From Paraspadella gotoi (Eukaryota > Animalia > Chaetognatha), in assembly GCA_051294375.1 (NCBI GenBank), contig CM119265.1:10930379-10994378 (forward strand): a stretch of DNA of 64,000 bases, read 5' to 3'. The notes beneath the pieces are model-generated. The model was not told where the DNA came from, did not search any database, and worked only from the letters and a program-made list of their open reading frames with translations. The translations under genes and the position numbers were made by a program. Below, in pieces: positions 14,100 through 25,800 of this stretch; position 1 is the first letter of the stretch, and each line of letters begins with the position of its first letter.

Positions 14100-15643
14100 T
14101 GTCGCCCCCACGAAGCGAAAGGAAGGCGGCGAGTGGGCGGTAAGTTAGAAAGAGAGAGAGATCGCGGCGGGAAAGCGAAAGGTTCGGGGCACGCCCTTTC
14201 CGCGTGACTCGTTTTTTTCCGTTTTTAGAGGTAGAGCAGCATTTTTTATTTCCTTTTTCCTTCTTCTAATCGAAGAAGGATCGGCGACGGCGGTGGGACT
14301 ATAATTGGTAACCCGGGGAATCCATTTAGACGACGGTGGATGTTTTTTCGATCCCGTCGTCGCTCGACTTCGATCTCCACCTCCGAGATTTTCTTTCTTT
14401 CCTCATCACCATTTTTTTATTTCTTTTTTTTAGTATTTTTTTCAATTCCGATTCGAGCGAGGAAAGTTGCCGTTAGTGAAAAATAAAGTTCACAAAAAAA
14501 TATATATTTTTTTAAAAAAAATCACAGATAGAATTTTAGTTCTTCGTAGATAGTCGAGGTTTGAAAAAAAAAATAAAGAAAATTAAGATGAGAAGTCCCT
14601 TGATTGGAATTAATAGTAAATAAATAAAAATATCATTGCTCTGGTCTGGGTGATAAAATCTTGAAGAAAAAAAGTAGGGTGGAGTTTTAAGAATTGATTT
14701 TCCGAGATCTTTTTTCCTTGGGCGAGGTACATCGATTAAAATTTTTACGAGGTTAAAGAAGTTAAAGGCTAAACTTCTTATTGTATTTTTTCGTCCGAAC
14801 AAAACTCAAAAAAAGTTTCTGTAAAAAATAAATAACTTTTTTTTGAACAGTCCAAAAATGCAAAAAGGGCGTGTCCTTGCCGCGGATACAATTTATCTTA
14901 AAGAAGACCTTGGAACAGCTCTTGTTATTTTTGACAATGATAGATAAAAAATTATTTCAGATGCAAATTTGTATACAATTATAAATGTAATAAAATTGGA
15001 ACAAGCACACACATTACATATTAATTTGTTGATCATCGTACGATTCTCATCCGATCCTCATCAAAGACGTCTGTCCGATGACGCATCTAAACACGTCTTT
15101 TGCCTCGACTTCACAAAATCCTATAACAAGTAGGGCGGCCCAGAACGAGCCTAATCCGAGATTTTGAAAAACTTCGGGAAACATGAAAATCGATAGCTTA
15201 GTGATTGTCGGAAAGGAAATTACCTTTTTTATATATATGTTTTTATTCTTGTGAGGCTTTTAAAAATGTTATTAAATATAAAATTAATAACAATAACTTT
15301 TTTTCATATTGAATATTTCCAGTCAGCCAGTTTCGTTTATTTATAATTTAAAAAAGTAATAAGTTCGAACTGATTTGCGGGAAAAAAAATATAAGACACG
15401 ATCTTCAAAGTCAGCTCGAGTTTTGACTTTGAAAATTCTTAATGAATAATTGAATATCTGTTAACTACTGGCATTCACTAAAAGGGCTTAATCGAAAATA
15501 TCAGGGCGCGAGAACCGCAGAATTAGGTCGTATTCCCCAAATATCGATAGTTAAAATATTTGAGGGTTCAGAAAGATCTGAAAGATGAAACTTGTAACGT
15601 GTAACACTTCGACCTCATCGAACATATTTAGTTATTTAATGAA

Positions 15644-15923
15644 ATGAAATTGGTACAACCAATATAAAAATTATCCATTCATTTAATAAATAAGCTCTCT
15701 TGCCCCTGACTTTGGACAGGCTTTGGTGGTTTAAGGCCTCCATCACTCTTACAAGATAATGAAATAGCAGGTCCCTGCAAGCTTTCAATCAAGACTCTCT
15801 CACAGTCCCGTTTATTCACTCCCAGAGTACCTGGCTTCCCTATCAATGAAGTGGAAAATATTTCAAAGAATGTTTCAATTGTATGAAAAGACCACTCCCT
15901 TAAGTATTAGATCGGGGAATACT
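15644..15923 (-). mobile_element. Family R repeat copy
   Basis: Duplicate of 7794-8070. Confidence 0.8.
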
Positions 15924-16132
15924 TTAGTTATTTAATATTTAATCTTCGCCAAGCAAAGTTTTATGGAAGAATAAGTCATGAGTCATGACTAATCGTAAAT
16001 TGTAAAACCCAGCCCGCATGAATAGAGTTCGAATCGCAGATCCCATTATGATCCAAATACGGGATAAACGATACAGCGACGCCCCCGACGACCCTCTGCA
16101 AATTTAAAAGTTCGCTTCGTTCCTTTAGAAAA

Positions 16133-17054
16133 ATGGACGTCGCGTCGGACAACGTTTACTTTTCCACGAAATTTAGGAATCCCACGACAGGCGAAGTGAC
16201 GCAGGACAACTTCGACATCGTCTTCAATCACGTGAGGCGAGAAAATCATGCGACCAAGCAGTTGAAAGACTATTTAACGCTCAGAGCCAAAGCCGAAGCG
16301 GAGTTCGCTAAGAGGCTTGTCGGAGACCTCAAGAAGCTCGGGCCGCTCGGCGTCGATGGAAGCTACGAGAAGCTCGCCGCGGGTACGAACAACCAAAGTC
16401 GTTTGACGAACCGACGCTTTTTTTTTTTTTTTTTTTTGGTAATTCATTTTCCGTCGTTGGAAAACAACTTGCTAATCAGGCCAAGTCATAGGTTGGACAA
16501 GAGGGGAGTTTTTTCTACCATTGACTTGGTCTGTTTTCCGCGCGAGAATACATCTTACGTATGAGAAAATCTTACAAACCATTTTGCTTTATAATTTAAA
16601 AAGCTATTCAAGAATGATAAATACTATTAATTCCTTCGTGAATATGCAACATGATTATTCATTCCACCTCGCTTTTGTCCATATCAAATACGTAAATCCT
16701 GCTACAAGTCAGCCCGAGAGCAAAACTGGATTCGATCGAAAAAAAAAAAACCAAAAAAATCTTAAAAGCATAAGGATCGAGCCAGCTTTCGATGGTAACC
16801 AAATATTGATGCGATGATAACAAAATATTGAGGCGATGATAGCCAAATATTGACGCGATGATAACCAATAATTGATGCGATAATAACAAAATGACTGATG
16901 TGATGATAATCAAATGATTGATGCGATGATAGTCATTCATTAATATGATGATAATCATTCATTGATACGATGATAGTCATTCATTGATGCGCTGATAGTC
17001 ATTCATTGACGCGATGAATCATTCATCGTAAATAAAACAAACAAATGCGTGTAT

Positions 17055-17090
<36 letters not shown>

Positions 17091-17457
17091 TGAAAGTAAA
17101 AGTGGGGTTTGAGGCCAGTGTTTTACACTGCCTTTAAAAGCTACGTTTTTGAGAAATTACTACTCATATAATAACAAGAACTGATGTATTCTAGTTTACA
17201 GATTGTGTGAGCTCTTTCTAATTCGCAATTTAAACATTTACTCTTGTCAGAAACTCGGTCCCAACCCAGAGAAAGAGAGAGAGAGAGAGAGACTGGACAG
17301 TTTTCCCGCCAACGAAACGCATTATTAGGTCTTTCTCGTTTATATAAAGAATAATCATAATTTTTAAGAAAAAAATCCACGAAAATCTCGGATGTAAATT
17401 TGGGATTTTATATTGAGAAAAAAGCGCGGAATAAATGGCGATAAAGTTTTTAGAAGG

Positions 17458-17502
<45 letters not shown>

Positions 17503-19176
17503 AAGAGAGAGAGAGAGAAAAAGATAGAGAGATCAACGTTGCATTTAGGAAAAAAACGACTCTTTCCACTATTGTTCAGTTGTTACTTACAATGTTGATT
17601 AACTTTGTACCACAACACAAATTAGGCCGAATGAAGGATTGGTTAAAAACATCTCCACCCGTTTGTAATGATAAAATAGTACCATTTTGGCAACTTTTAG
17701 CCAAAAAAATTATGTCCATTTTTGTCCATTTTTACTTACGACTTCTGATTTGAATGCCAAGGAAAGTTGAGAAAAATTTTTTACTTTGGAAATCCGTTCT
17801 TTCTTATCTTCTTTACCTCTGGGTAAATTTATTAGCTTAAATCATTTATAGTTTGCCTATGAATTAATTTTAAAGTTAACAAGTCAAAAAGTTGGAGTTT
17901 CAGTCTTTATCATAATTTGTTAAACAAAAATAAATCAAATTGGTTGAAATTAACAGAAAATATAGCCTATTGAATAAGCTTTTAACACCTATAAAATTAT
18001 CAAAAAAACTTTTCTGGTTTAGCCACAAATAATTTTTAAAGACGTCTTTTCATTTGTAACTTTTTGTGACTTTCATTTATTTTTGATAAAGATAATATTT
18101 TCAACTCATTTATTAGTTTTAAAAGATGAGGTACATACTGACCTTAATTAATCAAAAAAAACCGCATCCTTTTAATCCACTGGAAAGCATCAGGACTTGT
18201 TTTTTCTCAAAATCGACATTTTAAATATTTTCTTTGATTTGGCTCAATGTAAACGTAGTGAGAGAAAATAGGAAAGGGAAAACAAGAAAACGAGAAGGGG
18301 AGAGAATGAAAGAGGGTGAAAGGCAAAAAAACGAAGGCAAATGGGGAAAAAATAGTGAAACAATTGTAAGGTAAGAAAAGAGGGGAAAATGGAAAGAAAA
18401 AGTGGGGAAAAAAAGGGAAAGAATGAAAATGAGAAAAAAAAGGTAAGGAAAGTGCATGAGTGACCGAAAAAGGTAGGGGCCAAAAAAATGGTAAGTGACA
18501 GCGTGAGAAGTAAGGGAGGAAAGAGGAAGAGGAAAATATAAAGTAAAGAGAAGAAAGAGGTGAAGAAAAATTATCAGGAAAAGCGTATGAAAGAAAAAAA
18601 ATTATCAGATAATGTGGCGTCTTACCTAAAATCTTTTGTGTAAGTAAAAGACATGAGGATTCTTATAAGGAATTCGATCTTTAAAAATCATCTGTACCAT
18701 AAAAATTCAAGGATACTTTTTTCTAAAATTAAGCAGTTAATGAGATTAGATTGACAAGCATTGAAAAAATCATGTCTTACCGTATTTTTAACTCATAGAA
18801 ATTTACATGGGAAGTTCTAAGTGATAAGGAGATAACTTGAGACTACCATTTTTTTAAATGAAGAAAGCTTCGTACTAACCAATGAGATCAAGAAATATGG
18901 TAATTATTGAAGTTCAGATTCGTTGTCTAAAAGACACTGATTGTATGCGAAACCAAGAGGAAGTCAGAATCGGCGAAAATCTTAAAAGAGGAAAATGTTG
19001 AAAAAAGGGAGAGGAATTTTGGTTGTTTTTGATCGATTTCTTCTAAACCCGTGGGCCAATTTAGACGTAACTTAAGATTTACATTATTCCAGTCATTCTC
19101 TATCAAAAAATATAAAAAAATTATGAAAAAAGGTTTGGGATCGAGTTTAGGAATTTGCTTCTACGTAAAAAGAGAA

Positions 19177-19207
<31 letters not shown>

Positions 19208-22200
19208 AAAGCTGAACCGACGCTGCAGAGGAGGAACTTGTTTACTCGTTTACTCGTCGCCAAGTGACGGTGGTGAAAAAAAAAAGTGACTAAAAAAAAA
19301 AATAGGAGAGAGAAAGGGAGAGAGAGAGAAAGAGAAAAAGAGAGAGAGAAAGATAGAGAGAGAGAAAGAGAGAGAGAGAGAGAAAGAAGCTGAACAGACG
19401 CTGCAGAGGCGGAACTTGTTATAAGTTATTCTTCACTTTTTCTAAAATGTATCCAGGAAAATCTCGGATGTAAATTTGGGATTTTGTATTGAGAAAAAAG
19501 CGTGGAATAAATGGTGATAATAAAAGTTTTTAGAAGGAAAAAAATAATCAGAATTTTTCAAAAAGCGAACGATCAGGCATGAGATCGTACAGAGAGAAAG
19601 AGAGAGAGAGAGAGACAAAGCTGGACAGCTGCTGGAAGGCCGCTGTACAGTCACGGCAGAGCCTGAACTCGTCTTTTCTAAAAATTTTCTAAAAAAAAAA
19701 AAATATATATATAATTTAAAGAAATAAAAGAAAGGCAAAAATATGTTACAATTGTTTACAATTAGAAATTTTTCCAATTTTTTCCAATCGCAGCTTGTAA
19801 AAGATTTTATTTTTATTTGTATTAAAATTAAGATATAGCTTCTCATTAAAAAGTTATTTTGAGTTCCCATTTTTATTATAGATTTAAAAAATATTTTTTG
19901 AATTTCATCTTCAATATTAAATACTGCAATATGTAAATTAGATTAAAGCATTTCTATATACTAATTTGGATATTATAAGTACGATAATCTCATTTGCATA
20001 TTGCAGTAAATCATAATGAAGTGGAAATTCAAACAAAAAAATTCAAACAACAAATGTAATAAGAAAATATCAAAGCTATTTCAAGATGAGAAGCCATATC
20101 TAAATTTTTAACGTACTATGATCCCACACTTTTGTAAAACTTTATCATAATTCATAATAATTTTTATTTAAAAAAAAAAACGGTAAATCTCAGCCAAACC
20201 TATAAAAGCGTAGTAGTTTTTATATAAAAAAACAGCGTGACGCCGCCGACGACGACTACGTCACAAAGAAACTCACCCGAAACCAAATCAAGCCTGAACC
20301 GGCTTCGCCGGTCATGGCTCGATAAAAAAAAAAAACGAAAAACGATCGATCAATTAAAGTCTTGAACCGAGATCGAATCGGGGGAAACAATTTCGTCTCT
20401 GATTTGAATTTTGGCTCAGAACAAGAGAAAAATTTAAAACCTTCCGGGGGAAAAGAAAAAGAGGCTGGCGAAATATTATACTTAATCGACATATATAATA
20501 TATATCTGACTTCCGAATTAATACTATCACCAATTAAGTATCATATAAGTATTAAATATACTATCACCAATGCAGAATCCTACCGGTTAAAATGTAAATT
20601 ATGCCCCGGTTTTTGGCAAACGCTTTAGGCTGCACCGAATAACCTTCGGTACAATTGTTAAACATTTTCCACTTTTCAGTCTCTTTCATTCATTATTTTT
20701 CATTCTCCTCAACAGACACACCGATAAACCTCCAAACGACCTTTTCTTTCTTAGTCAATATGAATAACAGTCAATTGATTTCCACCCTTTTTAATTTTAT
20801 TCAATTTGATTTTGAGGTAGTTCTTTGAAAATGATATATGTAATCGTCTGTTTAACTAGGGTTTTAAGTTATAGCTGTAACAGCAATCTGTACTCAACCT
20901 ACAATTAATAATCAATGTAGGACATAATAACATCCATTTAACCCTCCAAGGAATCCGAGATGCGATCAATGGAGAACAAGAACAGGCAGTAGCACACAAA
21001 TCCATGGGGGAGAAACTGGGAAAATTGGGACAGGAACTGGATCGGCTCGTGGAGGAGGTGGAGCACGAAACGGGGAAACTACGCCAACAGTTCATCAACG
21101 ATATAGACGAAGGAAAGAAGGAGCGAAAAAAGGCTGAAAAGAGGGTGAAACTCGCGGAAGAAAGCGTAGTTGTAAAGTCCATTGAGAAGAACAAACAAAA
21201 GGCAAAACTAGAAAAAAGAGGCTCAGTGAAAGACCCCAAAGAGGTCGCCAACTCGGAAGCGGCTCAAGCGAGTATCGCCGAGGCCAAACAAAACTTGACT
21301 ACGATCGCTCAAAAGTGGAAAGAGGTCGCCGAGCGTGGAATGGCCTCTTTGCAGAAAATCGAGGAGCAGAGATACGAGAAGACGGTCGGCGCCTTGAAGA
21401 CGCTCGTCAACACGCAACTCTCCGAGAGCCTCGTTGCGAAGAAGCGAGCCCATCGAGTAAGGGAGACCCTCAACGATTGCGACGCCCTCGACGACATCAA
21501 AAGATTCATCAAAATCTACCAAACGGAAGACCAAGACAGAGCGCCTCTCACGCCGAGCCGCCCCGCGAGAACTCCCGGAAGACCCTCTCCGGCGCCGCGG
21601 TTGCCGCCGAGAAGCTCGGGAAGCTCCGACAGGCGGAGTCCCCAATCCACGGAACCCGAGGACGAAGTCTACGAGACGGCGAGCGTAGGGTCGTCGTATT
21701 CGTTGTACTCCAAGGAAGAAGGGAACAAGGAGGAACGTTACTCGAAAGTGAAGAAAGAAAAAAGCGAGAAGTCAGAACCAAAATGGAATCAGATAGACGA
21801 GGCGAAAGAAGCAAAGGAAGACGACGACTACGTTCAATTCGAAGAGGAAGAGGAGGATTACATCGATGTAATTCAAGAAAGTGGCCGATCGATGCAGGAT
21901 CTAGAAGAAAATGAAGAGGACGACTACATCAATCCGATTCAAGAGAGGAGCCCATCGATGAAGGATGTCGTCGAGGATGAGGAGGAAGATTATATAGATC
22001 TGATGGAAGAGGCCAGGCAATCAATACCCGTTGATGCAGAGAAAGAAAAAGTAGAATACAAAGAAATGAGCAAACAAGAGACGCAACGAATGAAAGAAGA
22101 GGAAGATTATAACACGGATGAAGAACTTTACGCGGAAGCAAACCCGGACCAAGAAGCTGAAAGATGCGCCTCCGATGATAAGGATAAAGTCATAAAAAAC

Positions 22201-22329
22201 AAATTAAAAGATTCACTCGCCAAAAGTGAATCGTTGAAACTAGATTTAAATTCTACTATGGTGCAACAAAATAGCAACGTCACGAGTTATGAAAACAGAA
22301 CTTATGGCCTCTTCGACACGGCTAAATAA
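16133..22329 (+). CDS. F-BAR (FCH + coiled-coil) protein with Pro-rich linker and acidic Tyr-repeat tail; 2 coding exons (16133-16382, 20951-22329), 542 aa
   Basis: FCH-like N-terminus F..F...NFDIVFNHVRRENHATKQLKDYLTLRAKAEAEFAKRL. Phase-1 GT-AG junction is in frame with the 441-aa ORF, whose coiled coil ends LQKIEEQRYEKTVGALK...DALDDIKRFI. AATAAA at ~22427. Confidence 0.8.
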
Positions 22330-22801
22330 ACTTGGCATAAGATTCGTCTAGCTTGACTATTTTATTGTATGTCGGTTTTTTTTTTAATGAATGTGATATT
22401 TAATGTTATATACAAAGAAAAAATATAATAAAAAATCGCAATTTTTAACAATTATGCATTAGAACAAGGGTTATCACAGATAAAGAGCATCGACCAATTA
22501 ATTTCCAGTATATGCCAGGCTAATAACGAAGGGGCAAATTTGACTATATTTCGCAAGTTTTAAAAAAATGGCAATTTATAATTCCGCTATTGATTAAAAC
22601 ACCAAAAAAAATTCAAATAAAAATTATAGCGGTATAACCATTAAAAAAATTAATTAGGTTACTCTTAATTAACAAGAATATATATTCGTGATAAGAATGC
22701 CACATGCTACAATCATTGTTTAGGAGGGACGGGGAAAGAAAAGGGGGAAGCAACAATAACCAACAAAACAAAAGAAGGGGAAACCAAATAAAAAGCCTCG
22801 G

Positions 22802-25800
22802 CTAAGAATTGATATCGTTGTCGTCCGTCATTTCCAAGAATTGGGCATAAACGTCCCTGGTGCATTCTCCCTTCGCGTTGAAGATGAACTTGTAATAAGA
22901 TCCGTCGGCGCAGATGACGATGACTGAGTTGGGCGGATCAGTGCCAAAGCAACAGATGCAATGGGATCCGCTCGGCACCTGGAAAGTAATTCCAGTCTAA
23001 GTTCCGCCTCTGGAAAATTTGAATAGTTTTTCCTTGCCTGAAATTTGGAAAAGCTCCACTTGGAGTTAAAATATTTGGGCAAGAGGGAAGCGGTTTTGGG
23101 CTTCTTGTCTTGTGACCCTTTGCCGTCGGCCACGTTGAAGACATGGATCGTTCCGTGGTCGCTATGATGAGAGTCAAAATCGAAGCGATTACGACGTAAT
23201 TTACTTAAGAAGTTTTAATGCCATTCATAGGGCGAGTACCTGGATACGCAAAGTAGTGTCGACTCTCGGTTAAAATTAATGCAATATATGTTTGCATTAT
23301 TCGCACCCCGCCGTAATTCTTGCATTTGATGACCTGAATAAAAAAGAAATTTGTTTTCATTTTAATAACTTGAATCACTTCCAATAAAGCAGACACATAA
23401 AAAAGTTAGACAAGGTTCTTGAAATTTATATCTCCACAAAATACTAATTACCCCCCGAAATTGTACAATTTTTTCTATGTATAGTTTTTTTTTCCGGTTA
23501 CTTAATTTTTCTTCTCTCCTACTAGGATTTTTCTTTAATTTCTCTACTATGAGCATTGAAATTTTCTCTTCTGTCTGCACTTGCATTGCCACGGTTCTTT
23601 TTTACATCGATTTAATCGGCACGGAGTGCACAAGAATGAGATGTCCCGGGATACGTTTCCGGACCTTTGGGCTACACAAAAAAAAGGAAATCAAATTTTT
23701 CCTAAGGACAGTTTTTTTTTAAATTAATTTTAAAATTAGCTATACAAAATCAATGAAGTAAAATAAAAAAAAGCGGTTTCAATTTTTTTAAATTTAAAAA
23801 AATATATAACTGTCAAATGATTGAAGAAAAATTTTATATTATTAGGGACTTATCTACTTAATATAGGCCTTCATATACATTTATAGTCACTTTTTTATGA
23901 TTATGTTTTGACATAGAAAATAAATAATTTATAAAATTAAATATTAGACTTAATCAATATTGCAAATTACTCTAATTATCGCCAAACGACTTTTTTTATT
24001 TAGTTTCACTTGATCCCTACCACATTAAAAACTGACCGTAATAAAACCCTCCACGAGCTTAAAGTGAGGCAGTCCGGTTGTCTGTCGAAAATGAGCTTTT
24101 TTTGCGAGTGGATAAGTTTTGATATAAAATGATATTAATAATATACATTTTTAAAACTAGGCAGAATGAGCTAATTAACATTTTAACATTAACGTTCTTA
24201 ATGCTGCTGCAAAAAAAGTAAGTAATAAAGTCGGTCTGTCTTGTCAGTAAGTGGTCGGTCAGTCTTAAAATGTATAACTCAATGTGTAGTCACGTGATAA
24301 CTTAAAATAAGATAACATGATCAGAAATTTGATATGTCATAATTGAAGAAATACTTGGAAAATTTAAACAATACTTGTCATAACTGATAACTTATGAATA
24401 AATGCTTTTTGTGCTTATGTATCATACTTGTATAGTAAGGCGGGCCAAAATCGATCACTTATCATTAAGAGTTCTGTAATATAAAATTGTTTTGTCCATC
24501 ATATACTTAATCAATATTTACTATTACTTTTTTAACTAGTGAAGCACAGTATAACATTAAAGCATTTAAATATTTATTAATTCATAGCCAATAAAAAAAT
24601 TTTTTGGAAAAATTTTATTTTTTAAGAACGGATTCAGATAGCCCATAAAAAGTTGTCAACACAAAGTATAATGCGTTTTTCAATATTTCGATGATAAGTG
24701 GGTCAAATAATGGAAAAACTTTATAAAATCATCATCATCATCATCGTACCATAATTTGTATAGTTTTTTCTAATTTTAAGCATTGTGTTTTTTCCTTTGT
24801 TTCATTGTAATTTGATTTATAACAAAGTTTTGAGATTTAACAACGATTTTTATTTCATAGTGAAACGGACATGTTTCGACTCACATACGAGTCTTCTTCA
24901 GCGCCAATTCAATTTGTGAATTTGAAGAGAATTTTGTGCATAAAGAAAGAGAAAGTGAGAGAGAAAGAGACAGAGCAAAGTTTCCAACACAGAGTTTGAG
25001 AGAAAGGATAGTGTCAGTTTTTTATTAGGGACAGGTGAAGGTGAGGACAGAGATAGTTTGTGAAAAGAAATTGAAATGGAGAGAGAGAGAGACACAGTGT
25101 TTGAAAAAATATAATACATTGTGAAATGTACAACAAAGTTAAAAATTTTTGTAAACTTTAGTAATGAATAATATCAACAATTAACTACTGTAATACATTA
25201 GTGAAGTGAAATAGAAGTTCAGAAAAGTGAAATATTTATTGTTAGTGAGGGATAGCTAAATAATTAGGAAAAGGGAAATTTCAAGTAATAAGAAATATAA
25301 TATATAATATATATTATATAAATGGAAGAGATCACTTTTACTGCAGGGAGTCTTTTTCAAGGTTTTTAAAAGGTAAGTAATCTAAAAAATCGAGTCTTTG
25401 TCCTGTCGTCTTTTGACGTTAAAGGGACAAATGACGCTGCAGGATTATTTTATATTTTTTGTTTAACGAGGCTTCTGTTTCAGAATGCTAATTCAAGGAG
25501 CAAATACTTGGAACAGGCCTCTCTCTCTCTCTCTACCTCCCCCTCTCTCTCTCTTGATTCCTATCATCTTGATCACCAATGAATGTCCTTTCAATTTATA
25601 CTCAAGAGATTTTAAAAAAATAATATGTCTCTCTCTCCCTCTCTATTTTTCTCTGTCTTCCTCCCATTCTCTCATATTTTTACTCTAAAACTAACTTGTT
25701 TTGTCTTATAATTATAGCGATCTCCTGTTTTTCCGTTTATTAAAATGAGTTTATTGAATTAATTAAATTAATTATGAATGAGCCTTGTCAAATCAATTTT

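Noticed and set aside
14100-14111. MGAT start matching the human CERK N-terminus
   Set aside because: The codon is GTG; the first ATG is at 14099.
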